Assembly (NCBI GenBank): GCA_964016885.1
Contig: OZ024741.1
Coordinates: forward strand, 249,426,001-249,490,000
Length of the DNA stretch: 64,000 nucleotides
Reading direction: 5' to 3'
From: Eledone cirrhosa
Taxonomy: Eukaryota
The position numbers and the translations under genes are program-made. Below are positions 1 through 11,489 of this stretch, piece by piece. Under the pieces are notes generated by a model that had not been told where the DNA came from, made no database searches, and worked only from the letters and a program-made list of their open reading frames with translations. Position 1 is the first letter of the stretch, and each line of letters opens with the position of its first letter.

Positions 1-409
1 AAAAAAAATCAGGGGGAGATAATTTGTAAAAAAATCAGGGGGAGATAATTTGTAAAAAAAAATCAGGGGAGATAATTTGTAAAAAAAATCAGGAGGTGAT
101 AATTTGTAAAAAAAATCAGGGGTAGATAATTTGTAAAAAAAAATCAGGGGGAGATAATTTGTAAAAAAAAAATCAGGGGGAGATAATTTGTAAAAAAATC
201 AAGGGGAGATAATTTCCAACCGTCCAAGGGGAGATAATTTTCAGCCGTCCAAGGAGGTAATTTCTAGCCGTCCAAGGGGAGATAATTTCCAGCCGTCCAA
301 GGGGAGATAATTTTTTTAAAAAAATCAGGCGGAGATAATTTGTAAACAAAAATCAGGGGGAGATAATTTGTAAAAAAAAATCAGGGGGAGATAATTTGTA
401 AAAAAAATC

Positions 410-633
410 AAGGGGAGATAATTTCCAGCCGTCCAAGGGGAGGTAATATCTAGCCATCCAAAGGGAGATAATTTCCAGCCGTCCAAGGGGAGATAATTTC
501 CAGCCGTCCAAGGGGAGATAATATCCAGCCGTCCAAGGAGACATATTTTCCAGCCGTCCAAGGAGAGGTAATTTCTAGCCGTCCAAGGGGAGATAAGTTC
601 CAGCCTCCAAGGGGAGATAATTTCCAGCCAGCC
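410..633 (+). repeat. Block Q (example copy): 9 A monomers, 224 bp; about 49 copies in the window
   Basis: Fixed order of marked units: ..gaggtaatatctagccatcc (unit 2), ataatatcc (5), ggagacatattttcc (6), gagaggtaatttctagcc (7), ataagttccagcctcc (8, 24 bp), ccagccagcc (9). Counted from the recurring MDGWKICLL.. pseudo-ORF plus four 8-unit variants near 23.45, 26.3, 57.8 and 60.6 kb. Confidence 0.93.
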
Positions 634-851
634 AAGGGGAGATAATTTGTAAAAAAATCAGGGGGAGATAATTTGTAAAAAAAAAATCAGGGGGAGATAA
701 TTTGTAAAAAAATCAGGGGGAGATAATTTGTAAAAAAAAAATCAGGGGGAGATAATTTGTAGAAAAAATCAGGGGTTGATAATTTGTAAAAAAAATCAGG
801 GGGAGATAATTTGTAAAAAAAATCAGGGGGAGATAATTTGTAAAAGAAATC
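634..851 (+). repeat. B-monomer run (example): tandem AGGGGGAGATAATTTGT(A)7-10TC units between A blocks
   Basis: Consecutive 26-29-bp units with A-tract lengths starting 7,10,7,10. Occasional marked units include gtagaaaaaa, ggggttgat and gtaaaagaaa. Confidence 0.93.
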
Positions 852-1400
852 AGGGGTAGATAATTTTCAGTCGTCCAAGGGGAGATAATTTCCATCCTTC
901 CAAGGGGAGATAATTTCCAGCCGTCCAAGGGGAGATAATTTCCCGCCAGCCAAGGAGAGATAACATTTAAAAAAATCAGGCGGAGATAATTTGTAAAAAA
1001 TATCAGGGGGAGATAATTTGTAAAAAAATCAGGGGGAGATAATTTGTAAAAAAAATCAGGGGTAGATAATTTCCAGCCGTCCAAGGGGAGATAATTTCCA
1101 TCCTTCCAAGGGGAGATAATTTCCAGCCGTCCAAGGGGAGATAATTTCCCGCCAGCCAAGGAGAGATAATATTTAAAAAAATCAGGCGGAGATAATTTGT
1201 AAAAAAAATCAGGGGGAGATAATTTGTAAAAAAATCAGGGGGAGATAATTTGTAAAAAAAAATCAGGGGGAGATAATTTGTAAAAAAAATCAGGGGGAGA
1301 TAATTTGTAAAAAAAATCAGGGGTAGATAATTTGTAAAAAAAAATCAGGGGGAGATAATTTGTAAAAAAAAATCAGGGGGAGATAATTTGTAAAAAAATC

Positions 1401-1500
1401 AAGGGGAGATAATTTCCAGCCGTCCAAGGGGAGATAATTTTCAGCCGTCCAAGGAGAGGTAATTTCTAGCCGTCCAAGGGGAGATAATTTCCAGCCGTCC
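1401..1500 (+). repeat. Block P (example copy): 4 A monomers, usually upstream of Q
   Basis: Units are canonical / ataattttcagcc / gagaggtaatttctagcc / canonical. The block is followed by aatttttttaaaaaaatcaggcgg...gtaaacaaaaatc. Confidence 0.9.
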
Positions 1501-2106
1501 AAGGGGAGATAATTTTTTTAAAAAAATCAGGCGGAGATAATTTGTAAACAAAAATCAGGGGGAGATAATTTGTAAAAAAAAATCAGGGGGAGATAATTTG
1601 TAAAAAAAATCAGGGGGAGATAATTTGTAAAAAAAATCAAGGGGAGATAATTTCCAGCCGTCCAAGGGGAGGTAATATCTAGCCATCCAAGGGGAGATAA
1701 TTTCCAGCCGTCCAAGGGGAGATAATTTCCAGCCGTCCAAGGGGAGATAATATCCAGCCGTCCAAGGAGACATATTTTCCAGCCGTCCAAGGAGAGGTAA
1801 TTTCTAGCCGTCCAAGGGGAGATAAGTTCCAGCCTCCAAGGGAAGATAATTTCCAGCCAGCCAAGGGGAGATAATTTGTAAAAAAATCAGGGGGAGATAA
1901 TTTGTAAAAAAAAAATCAGGGGGAGATAATTTGTAAAAAAATCAGGGGGAGATAATTTGTAAAAAAAAATCAGGGGGAGATAATTTGTAAAAAAAATCAG
2001 GGGGAGATAATTTGTAAAAAAAATCAGGGGTAGATAATTTGTAAAAAAAATCAGGGGGAGATAATTTGTAAAAAAAATCAGGGGGAGATAATTTGTAAAA
2101 AAAATC

Positions 2107-2412
2107 AGGGGTAGATAATTTTCAGCCGTCCAAGGGGAGATAATTTCCATCCTTCCATGGGGAGATAATTTCCAGCCGTCCAAGGGGAGATAATTTCCCG
2201 CCAGCCAAGGAGAGATAACATTTAAAAAAATCAGGCGGAGATAATTTGTAAAAAAAATCAGGGGGAGATAATTTGTAAAAAAATCAGGGGGAGATAATTT
2301 GTAAAAAAAATCAGGGGTAGATAATTTCCAGCCGTCCAAGGGGAGATAATTTCCATCCTTCCAAGGGGAGATAATTTCCAGCCGTCCAAGGGGAGATAAT
2401 TTCCCGCCAGCC
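2107..2412 (+). repeat. Blocks R and R' (example pair): two 4-unit A blocks at 206-bp spacing
   Basis: aggggtagataattt.. / ccatccttcc / canonical / cccgccagcc at 2107-2206 and 2313-2412. The exit unit is ataacattt after R and ataatattt after R'. Confidence 0.9.
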
Positions 2413-3227
2413 AAGGAGAGATAATATTTAAAAAAATCAGGCGGAGATAATTTGTAAAAAAAATCAGGGGGAGATAATTTGTAAAAAAATCAGGGGGAGA
2501 TAATTTGTAAAAAAAAATCAGGGGGAGATAATTTGTAAAAAAAATCAGGGGGAGATAATTTGTAAAAAAAAATCAGGGGTAGATAATTTGTAAAAAAAAA
2601 TCAGGGGGAGATAATTTGTAAAAAAATCAAGGGGAGATAATTTCCAGCCGTCCAAGGGGAGATAATTTTCAGCCGTCCAAGGAGAGGTAATTTCTAGCCG
2701 TCCAAGGGGAGATAATTTCCAGCCGTCCAAGGGGAGATAATTTTTTAAAAAAATCAGGCGGAGATAATTTGTAAACAAAAATCAGGGGGAGATAATTTGT
2801 AAAAAAAAATCAGGGGGAGATAATTTGTAAAAAAAAATCAGGGGGAGATAATTTGTAAAAAAAATCAAGGGGAGATAATTTCCAGCCGTCCAAGGGGAGG
2901 TAATATCTAGCCATCCAAGGGGAGATAATTTCCAGCCGTCCAAGGGGAGATAATTTCCAGCCGTCCAAGGGGAGATAATATCCAGCCGTCCAAGGAGACA
3001 TATTTTCCAGCCGTCCAAGGAGACGTAATTTCTAGCCGTCCAAGGGGAGATAAGTTCCAGCCTCCAAGGGGAGATAATTTCCAGCCAGCCAAGGGGAGAT
3101 AATTTGTAAAAAAATTAGGGGGAGATAATTTGTAAAAAAAAATTAGGGGGAGATAATTTGTAAAAAAAAATCAGGGGGAGATAATTTGTAAAAAAAAATC
3201 AGGGGGAGATAATTTGTAAAAAAAATC

Positions 3228-3352
3228 AAGGGGAGATAATTTCCAGCCGTCCAAGGGGAGATAATTTTCAGCCGTCCAAGGAGAGGTAAATTCTAGCCGT
3301 CCAAGGAGATATAATTTCCAGCCGTCCAAGGGGAGATAATTTCCAGCCGTCC
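3228..3352 (+). repeat. Block S (example copy): 5 A monomers, P-related; part of the ~625-bp S-Q module
   Basis: Markers gaggtaaattctagcc and aaggagatataatttcc. Usually preceded by two ttaggggg B variants. Q-to-Q spacing across it is 624-625 bp (3018 to 3643, 7876 to 8500, 9746 to 10371). Confidence 0.88.
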
Positions 3353-4479
3353 AAGGGGAGATAATTTTTAAAAAAAAATCAGGCGGAGATAATTTGTAAA
3401 CAAAAATCAGGGGGAGATAATTTTTAAAAAAAAATCAGGGGGAGATAATTTGTAAAAAAAAATCAGGGGGAGATAATTTGTAAAAAAAATCAAGGGGAGA
3501 TAATTTCCAGCCGTCCAAGGGGAGGTAATATCTAGCCATCCAAGGGGAGATAATTTCCAGCCGTCCAAGGGGAGATAATTTCCAGCCGTCCAAGGGGAGA
3601 TAATATCCAGCCGTCCAAGGAGACATATTTTCCAGCCGTCCAAGGAGAGGTAATTTCTAGCCGTCCAAGGGGAGATAAGTTCCAGCCTCCAAGGGGAGAT
3701 AATTTCCAGCCAGCCAAGGGGAGATAATTTGTAAAAAAATCAGGGGGGAGATAATTTGTAAAAAAAATCAGGGGGAGATAATTTGAAAAAAAAATCAGGG
3801 GGAGATAATTTGTAAAAAATATCAAGGGGAGATAATTTCCAGCCCTCCAAGGGGCTATAATTTCCAGCCGTCCAAGGGGAGATAATTTCCAGCCGTCCAA
3901 GGGGAGATAATTTTTTTAAAAAAATCAGGCGGAGATAATTTGTAAACAAAAATCAGGGGGAGATAATTTGTAAAAAAAAATCAGGGGGAGATAATTTGTA
4001 AAAAAAATCAAGGGGAGATAATTTCCAGCCGTCCAAGGGGAGGTAATATCTAGCCATCCAAAGGGAGATAATTTCCAGCCGTCCAAGGGGAGATAATTTC
4101 CAGCCGTCCAAGGGGAGATAATATCCAGCCGTCCAAGGAGACATATTTTCCAGCCGTCCAAGGAGAGGTAATTTCTAGCCGTCCAAGGGGAGATAAGTTC
4201 CAGCCTCCAAGGGGAGATAATTTCCAGCCAGCCAAGGGGAGATAATTTGTAAAAAAATCAGGGGGAGATAATTTGTAAAAAAAAAATCAGGGGGAGATAA
4301 TTTGTAAAAAAATCAGGGGGAGATAATTTGTAAAAAAAAAATCAGGGGGAGATAATTTGTAGAAAAAATCAGGGGTTGATAATTTGTAAAAAAAATCAGG
4401 GGGAGATAATTTGTAAAAAAAATCAGGGGGAGATAATTTGTAAAAGAAATCAGGGGTAGATAATTTTCAGTCGTCCAAG

Positions 4480-7400
4480 GGGAGATAATTTCCATCCTTC
4501 CAAGGGGAGATAATTTCCAGCCGTCCAAGGGGAGATAATTTCCCGCCAGCCAAGGAGAGATAACATTTAAAAAAATCAGGCGGAGATAATTTGTAAAAAA
4601 AATCAGGGGGAGATAATTTGTAAAAAAATCAGGGGGAGATAATTTGTAAAAAAAATCAGGGGTAGATAATTTCCAGCCGTCCAAGGGGAGATAATTTCCA
4701 TCCTTCCAAGGGGAGATAATTTCCAGCCGTCCAAGGGGAGATAATTTCCCGCCAGCCAAGGAGAGATAATATTTAAAAAAATCAGGCGGAGATAATTTGT
4801 AAAAAAAATCAGGGGGAGATAATTTGTAAAAAAATCAGGGGGAGATAATTTGTAAAAAAAAATCAGGGGGAGATAATTTGTAAAAAAAATCAGGGGGAGA
4901 TAATTTGTAAAAAAAAATCAGGGGTAGATAATTTGTAAAAAAAAATCAGGGGGAGATAATTTGTAAAAAAAAATCAGGGGGAGATAATTTGTAAAAAAAT
5001 CAAGGGGAGATAATTTCCAGCCGTCCAAGGGGAGATAATTTTCAGCCGTCCAAGGAGAGGTAATTTCTAGCCGTCCAAGGGGAGATAATTTCCAGCCGTC
5101 CAAGGGGAGATAATTTTTTTTAAAAAATCAGGCGGAGATAATTTGTAAACAAAAATCAGGGGGAGATAATTTGTAAAAAAAAATCAGGGGGAGATAATTT
5201 GTAAAAAAAAATCAGGGGGAGATAATTTGTAAAAAAAATCAAGGGGAGATAATTTCCAGCCGTCCAAGGGGAGGTAATATCTAGCCATCCAAGGGGAGAT
5301 AATTTCCAGCCGTCCAAGGGGAGATAATTTCCAGCCGTCCAAGGGGAGATAATATCCAGCCGTCCAAGGAGACATATTTTCCAGCCGTCCAAGGAGAGGT
5401 AATTTCTAGCCGTCCAAGGGGAGATAAGTTCCAGCCTCCAAGGGGAGATAATTTCCAGCCAGCCAAGGGGAGATAATTTGTAAAAAAATCAGGGGGAGAT
5501 AATTTGTAAAAAAAAAATCAGGGGGAGATAATTTGTAAAAAAATCAGGGGGAGATAATTTGTAAAAAAAAATCAGGGGGAGATAATTTGTAAAAAAAATC
5601 AGGTGGAGATAATTTGTAAAAAAAATCAGGGGTAGATAATTTGTAAAAAAAATCAGGGGGAGATAATTTGTAAAAAAAATCAGGGGGAGATAATTTGTAA
5701 AAAAAATCAGGGGTAGATAATTTTCAGCCGTCCAAGGGGAGATAATTTCCATCCTTCCAAGGGGAGATAATTTCCAGCCGTCCAAGGGGAGATAATTTCC
5801 CGCCAGCCAAGGAGAGATAAAATTTAAAAAAATCAGGCGGAGATAATTTGTAAAAAAAATCAGGGGGAGATAATTTGTAAAAAAATCAGGGGGAGATAAT
5901 TTGTAAAAAAAATCAGGGGTAGATAATTTCCAGCCGTCCAAGGGGAGATAATTTCCATCCTTCCAAGGGGAGATAATTTCCAGCCGTCCAAGGGGAGATA
6001 ATTTCCCGCCAGCCAAGGAGAGATAATATTTAAAAAAATCAGGCGGAGATAATTTGTAAAAAAAATCAGGGGGAGATAATTTGTAAAAAAATCAGGGGGA
6101 GATAATTTGTAAAAAAAAATCAGGGGGAGATAATTTGTAAAAAAAATCAGGGGGAGATAATTTGTAAAAAAAAATCAGGGGTAGATAATTTGTAAAAAAA
6201 AATCAGGGGGAGATAATTTGTAAAAAAAAATCAGGGGGAGATAATTTGTAAAAAAATCAAGGGGAGATAATTTCCAGCCGTCCAAGGGGAGATAATTTTC
6301 AGCCGTCCAAGGAGAGGTAATTTCTAGCCGTCCAAGGGGAGATAATTTCCAGCCGTCCAAGGGGAGATAATTTTTTTTAAAAAATCAGGCGGAGATAATT
6401 TGTAAACAAAAATCAGGGGGAGATAATTTGTAAAAAAAAATCAGGGGGAGATAATTTGTAAAAAAAAATCAGGGGGAGATAATTTGTAAAAAAAATCAAG
6501 GGGAGATAATTTCCAGCCGTCCAAGGGGAGGTAATATCTAGCCATCCAAGGGGAGATAATTTCCAGCCGTCCAAGGGGAGATAATTTCCAGCCGTCCAAG
6601 GGGAGATAATATCCAGCCGTCCAAGGAGACATATTTTCCAGCCGTCCAAGGAGAGGTAATTTCTAGCCGTCCAAGGGGAGATAAGTTCCAGCCTCCAAGG
6701 GGAGATAATTTCCAGCCAGCCAAGGGGAGATAATTTGTAAAAAAATCAGGGGGAGATAATTTGTAAAAAAAAAATCAGGGGGAGATAATTTGTAAAAAAA
6801 TCAGGGGGAGATAATTTGTAAAAAAAAATCAGGGGGAGATAATTTGTAAAAAAAATCAGGTGGAGATAATTTGTAAAAAAAATCAGGGGTAGATAATTTG
6901 TAAAAAAAATCAGGGGGAGATAATTTGTAAAAAAAATCAGGGGGAGATAATTTGTAAAAAAAATCAGGGGTAGATAATTTTCAGCCGTCCAAGGGGAGAT
7001 AATTTCCATCCTTCCAAGGGGAGATAATTTCCAGCCGTCCAAGGGGAGATAATTTCCCGCCAGCCAAGGAGAGATAACATTTAAAAAAATCAGGCGGAGA
7101 TAATTTGTAAAAAAAATCAGGGGGAGATAATTTGTAAAAAAATCAGGGGGAGATAATTTGTAAAAAAAATCAGGGGTAGATAATTTCCAGCCGTCCAAGG
7201 GGAGATAATTTCCATCCTTCCAAGGGGAGATAATTTCCAGCCGTCCAAGGGGAGATAATTTCCCGCCAGCCAAGGAGAGATAATATTTAAAAAAATCAGG
7301 CGGAGATAATTTGTAAAAAAAATCAGGGGGAGATAATTTGTAAAAAAATCAGGGGGAGATAATTTGTAAAAAAAAATCAGGGGGAGATAATTTGTAAAAA

Positions 7401-7480
7401 AAATCAGGGGGAGATAATTTGTAAAAAAAAATCAGGGGTAGATAATTTGTAAAAAAAAATCAGGGGGAGATAATTTGTAA
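4480..7480 (+). repeat. Tandem copies of the basic 1257-bp higher-order repeat (P-Q-R-R' plus B runs)
   Basis: ORF-track offsets 4918/6175, 5156/6413 and 5489/6746 all equal 1257. The marker aggtggag occurs at ~5601 and ~6858. Confidence 0.9.
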
Positions 7481-8680
7481 AAAAATCAAGGGGAGATAAT
7501 TTCCAGCCGTCCAAGGGGAGATAATTTTCAGCCGTCCAAGGAGAGGTAATTTCTAGCCGTCCAAGGGGAGATAATTTCCAGCCGTCCAAGGGGAGATAAT
7601 TTTTTAAAAAAATCAGGCGGAGATAATTTGTAAACTAAAATCAGGGGGAGATAATTTGTAAAAAAAATCAGGGGGAGATAATTTGTAAAAAAAAATCAGG
7701 GGGAGATAATTTGTAAAAAAAATCAAGGGGAAATAATTTCCAGCCGTCCAAGGGGAGGTAATATCTAGCCATCCAAGGGGAGATAATTTCCAGCCGTCCA
7801 AGGGGAGATAATTTCCAGCCGTCCAAGGGGAGATAATATCCAGCCGTCCAAGGAGACATATTTTCCAGCCGTCCAAGGAGACGTAATTTCTAGCCGTCCA
7901 AGGGGAGATAAGTTCCAGCCTCCAAGGGGAGATAATTTCCAGCCAGCCAAGGGGAGATAATTTGTAAAAAAATTAGGGGGAGATAATTTGTAAAAAAAAT
8001 TAGGGGGAGATAATTTGTAAAAAAAAATCAGGGGGAGATAATTTGTAAAAAAAAATCAGGGGGAGATAATTTGTAAAAAAAATCAAGGGGAGATAATTTC
8101 CAGCCGTCCAAGGGGAGATAATTTTCAGCCGTCCAAGGAGAGGTAAATTCTAGCCGTCCAAGGAGATATAATTTCCAGCCGTCCAAGGGGAGATAATTTC
8201 CAGCCGTCCAAGGGGAGATAATTTTAAAAAAAAAATCAGGCGGAGATAATTTGTAAACAAAAATCAGGGGGAGATAATTTTTAAAAAAAAATCAGGGGGA
8301 GATAATTTGTAAAAAAAAATCAGGGGGAGATAATTTGTAAAAAAAATCAAGGGGAGATAATTTCCAGCCGTCCAAGGGGAGGTAATATCTAGCCATCCAA
8401 GGGGAGATAATTTCCAGCCGTCCAAGGGGAGATAATTTCCAGCCGTCCAAGGGGAGATAATATCCAGCCGTTCAAGGAGACATATTTTCCAGCCGTCCAA
8501 GGAGAGGTAATTTCTAGCCGTCCAAGGGGAGATAAGTTCCAGCCTCCAAGGGGAGATAATTTCCAGCCAGCCAAGGGGAGATAATTTGTAAAAAAATCAG
8601 GGGGGAGATAATTTGTAAAAAAAATCAGGGGGAGATAATTTGAAAAAAAAATCAGGGGGAGATAATTTGTAAAAAATATC

Positions 8681-8830
8681 AAGGGGAGATAATTTCCAGC
8701 CCTCCAAGGGGCTATAATTTCCAGCCGTGCAAGGGGAGATAATTTCCAGCCGTCCAAGGGGAGATAATTTCCATCCTTCCAAGGGGAGATAATTTCCAGC
8801 CGTCCAAGGGGAGATAATTTCCCGCCAGCC
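8681..8830 (+). repeat. Block T (example copy): 6 A monomers ending in an R-like tail
   Basis: Markers aaaatatc, ccagccctcc, ggggctataa, ccgtgcaa, exit aagggaagat and the 4-bp-deleted aggcggagattgt. Also near 10552, 23749, 26593, 34319, 36190, 43284, 58087 and 60902. Confidence 0.88.
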
Positions 8831-11489
8831 AAGGGAAGATAATTTTTTAAAAAATCAGGCGGAGATTGTAAAAAAAATCAGGGGGAGATAATTTGTAAAA
8901 AAAATCAGGGGGAGATAATTTGTAAAAAAAATCAGGGGGAGATAATTTGTAAAAAAAATCAGGGGTAGATAATTTTCAGCCGTCCAAGGGGAGATAATTT
9001 CCATCCTTCCAAGGGGAGATAATTTCCAGCCGTCCAAGGGGAGATAATTTCCATCCTTCCAAGGGGAGATAATTTCCAGCCGTCCAAGGGGAGATAATTT
9101 CCCGCCAGCCAAGGAGAGATAATATTTAAAAAAATCAGGCGGAGATAATTTGTAAAAAAAATCAGGGGGAGATAATTTGTAAAAAAATCAGGGGGAGATA
9201 ATTTGTAAAAAAAAATCAGGGGGAGATAATTTGTAAAAAAAATCAGGGGGAGATAATTTGTAAAAAAAAATCAGGGGTAGATAATTTGTAAAAAAAAATC
9301 AGGGGGAGATAATTTGTAAAAAAAAAATCAGGGGGAGATAATTTGTAAAAAAATCAAGGGGAGATAATTTCCAGCCGTCCAAGGGGAGATAATTTTCAGC
9401 CGTCCAAGGAGAGGTAATTTCTAGCCGTCCAAGGGGAGATAATTTCCAGCCGTCCAAGGGGAGATAATTTTTTTAAAAAAATCAGGCGGAGATAATTTGT
9501 AAACAAAAATCAGGGGGAGATAATTTGTAAAAAAAAATCAGGGGGAGATAATTTGTAAAAAAAAATCAGGGGGAGATAATTTGTAAAAAAAATCAAGGGG
9601 AGATAATTTCCAGCCGTCCAAGGGGAGGTAATATCTAGCCATCCAAGGGGAGATAATTTCCAGCCGTCCAAGGGGAGATAATTTCCAGCCGTCCAAGGGG
9701 AGATAATATCCAGCCGTCCAAGGAGACATATTTTCCAGCCGTCCAAGGAGACGTAATTTCTAGCCGTCCAAGGGGAGATAAGTTCCAGCCTCCAAGGGGA
9801 GATAATTTCCAGCCAGCCAAGGGGAGATAATTTGTAAAAAAATTAGGGGGAGATAATTTGTAAAAAAAAATTAGGGGGAGATAATTTGTAAAAAAAAATC
9901 AGGGGGAGATAATTTGTAAAAAAAAATCAGGGGGAGATAATTTGTAAAAAAAATCAAGGGGAGATAATTTCCAGCCGTCCAAGGGGAGATAATTTTCAGC
10001 CGTCCAAGGAGAGGTAAATTCTAGCCGTCCAAGGAGATATAATTTCCAGCCGTCCAAGGGGAGATAATTTCCAGCCGTCCAAGGGGAGATAATTTTTAAA
10101 AAAAAATCAGGCGGAGATAATTTGTAAACAAAAATCAGGGGGAGATAATTTTTTAAAAAAAATCAGGGGGAGATAATTTGTAAAAAAAAATCAGGGGGAG
10201 ATAATTTGTAAAAAAAATCAAGGGCAGATAATTTCCAGCCGTCCAAGGGGAGGTAATATCTAGCCATCCAAGGGGAGATAATTTCCAGCCGTCCAAGGGG
10301 AGATAATTTCCAGCCGTCCAAGGGGAGATAATATCCAGCCGTCCAAGGAGACATATTTTCCAGCCGTCCAAGGAGAGGTAATTTCTAGCCGTCCAAGGGG
10401 AGATAAGTTCCAGCCTCCAAGGGGAGATAATTTCCAGCCAGCCAAGGGGAGATAATTTGTAAAAAAATCAGGGGGGAGATAATTTGTAAAAAAAATCAGG
10501 GGGAGATAATTTGAAAAAAAAATCAGGGGGAGATAATTTGTAAAAAATATCAAGGGGAGATAATTTCCAGCCCTCCAAGGGGCTATAATTTCCAGCCGTG
10601 CAAGGGGAGATAATTTCCAGCCGTCCAAGGGGAGATAATTTCCATCCTTCCAAGGGGAGATAATTTCCAGCCGTCCAAGGGGAGATAATTTCCCGCCAGC
10701 CAAGGGAAGATAATTTTTTAAAAAATCAGGCGGAGATTGTAAAAAAAATCAGGGGGAGATAATTTGTAAAAAAATCAGGGGGAGATAATTTGTAAAAAAA
10801 AAATCAGGGGGAGATAATTTGTAAAAAAAAATCAGGGGGAGATAATTTGTAAAAAAAATCAGGGGGAGATAATTTGTAAAAAAAATCAGGGGTAGATAAT
10901 TTGTAAAAAAAATCAGGGGGAGATAATTTGTAAAAAAAATCAGGGGGAGATAATTTGTAAAAAAAATCAGGGGTAGATAATTTTCAGCCGTCCAAGGGGA
11001 GATAATTTCCATCCTTCCAAGGGGAGATAATTTCCAGCCGTCCAAGGGGAGATAATTTCCCGCCAGCCAAGGAGAGATAACATTTAAAAAAATCAGGCGG
11101 AGATAATTTGTAAAAAAATCAGGGGGAGATAATTTGTAAAAAAAAATCAGGGGTAGATAATTTCCAGCCGTCCAAGGGGAGATAATTTCCATCCTTCCAA
11201 GGGGAGATAATTTCCAGCCGTCCAAGGGGAGATAATTTCCCGCCAGCCAAGGAGAGATAATATTTAAAAAAATCAGGCGGAGATAATTTGTAAAAAAAAT
11301 CAGGGGGAGATAATTTGTAAAAAAATCAGGGGGAGATAATTTGTAAAAAAAATCAGGGGGAGATAATTTGTAAAAAAAAATCAGGGGGAGATAATTTGTA
11401 AAAAAAAATCAGGGGTAGATAATTTGTAAAAAAAAATCAGGGTGAGATAATTTGTAAAAGAAAAATCAGGGGGAGATAATTTGTAAAAA

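Larger units (their letters stand above)
290..5100 (+). repeat. Recurrence at 3600-bp offset (~290-1500 vs ~3890-5100)
   Basis: Lines 301-1261 and 3901-4861 are nearly identical in register and share ccaaaggg, ggggttgat and cagtcgtcc. ORF offsets 325/3925 and 713/4313. Confidence 0.85.

Noticed and set aside
3115-3150. TTAGGG telomeric hexamer in ttaggggg B variants
   Set aside because: These are single C-to-T variants of tcaggggg, isolated and 28 bp apart, never tandem. This is not a telomeric tract.
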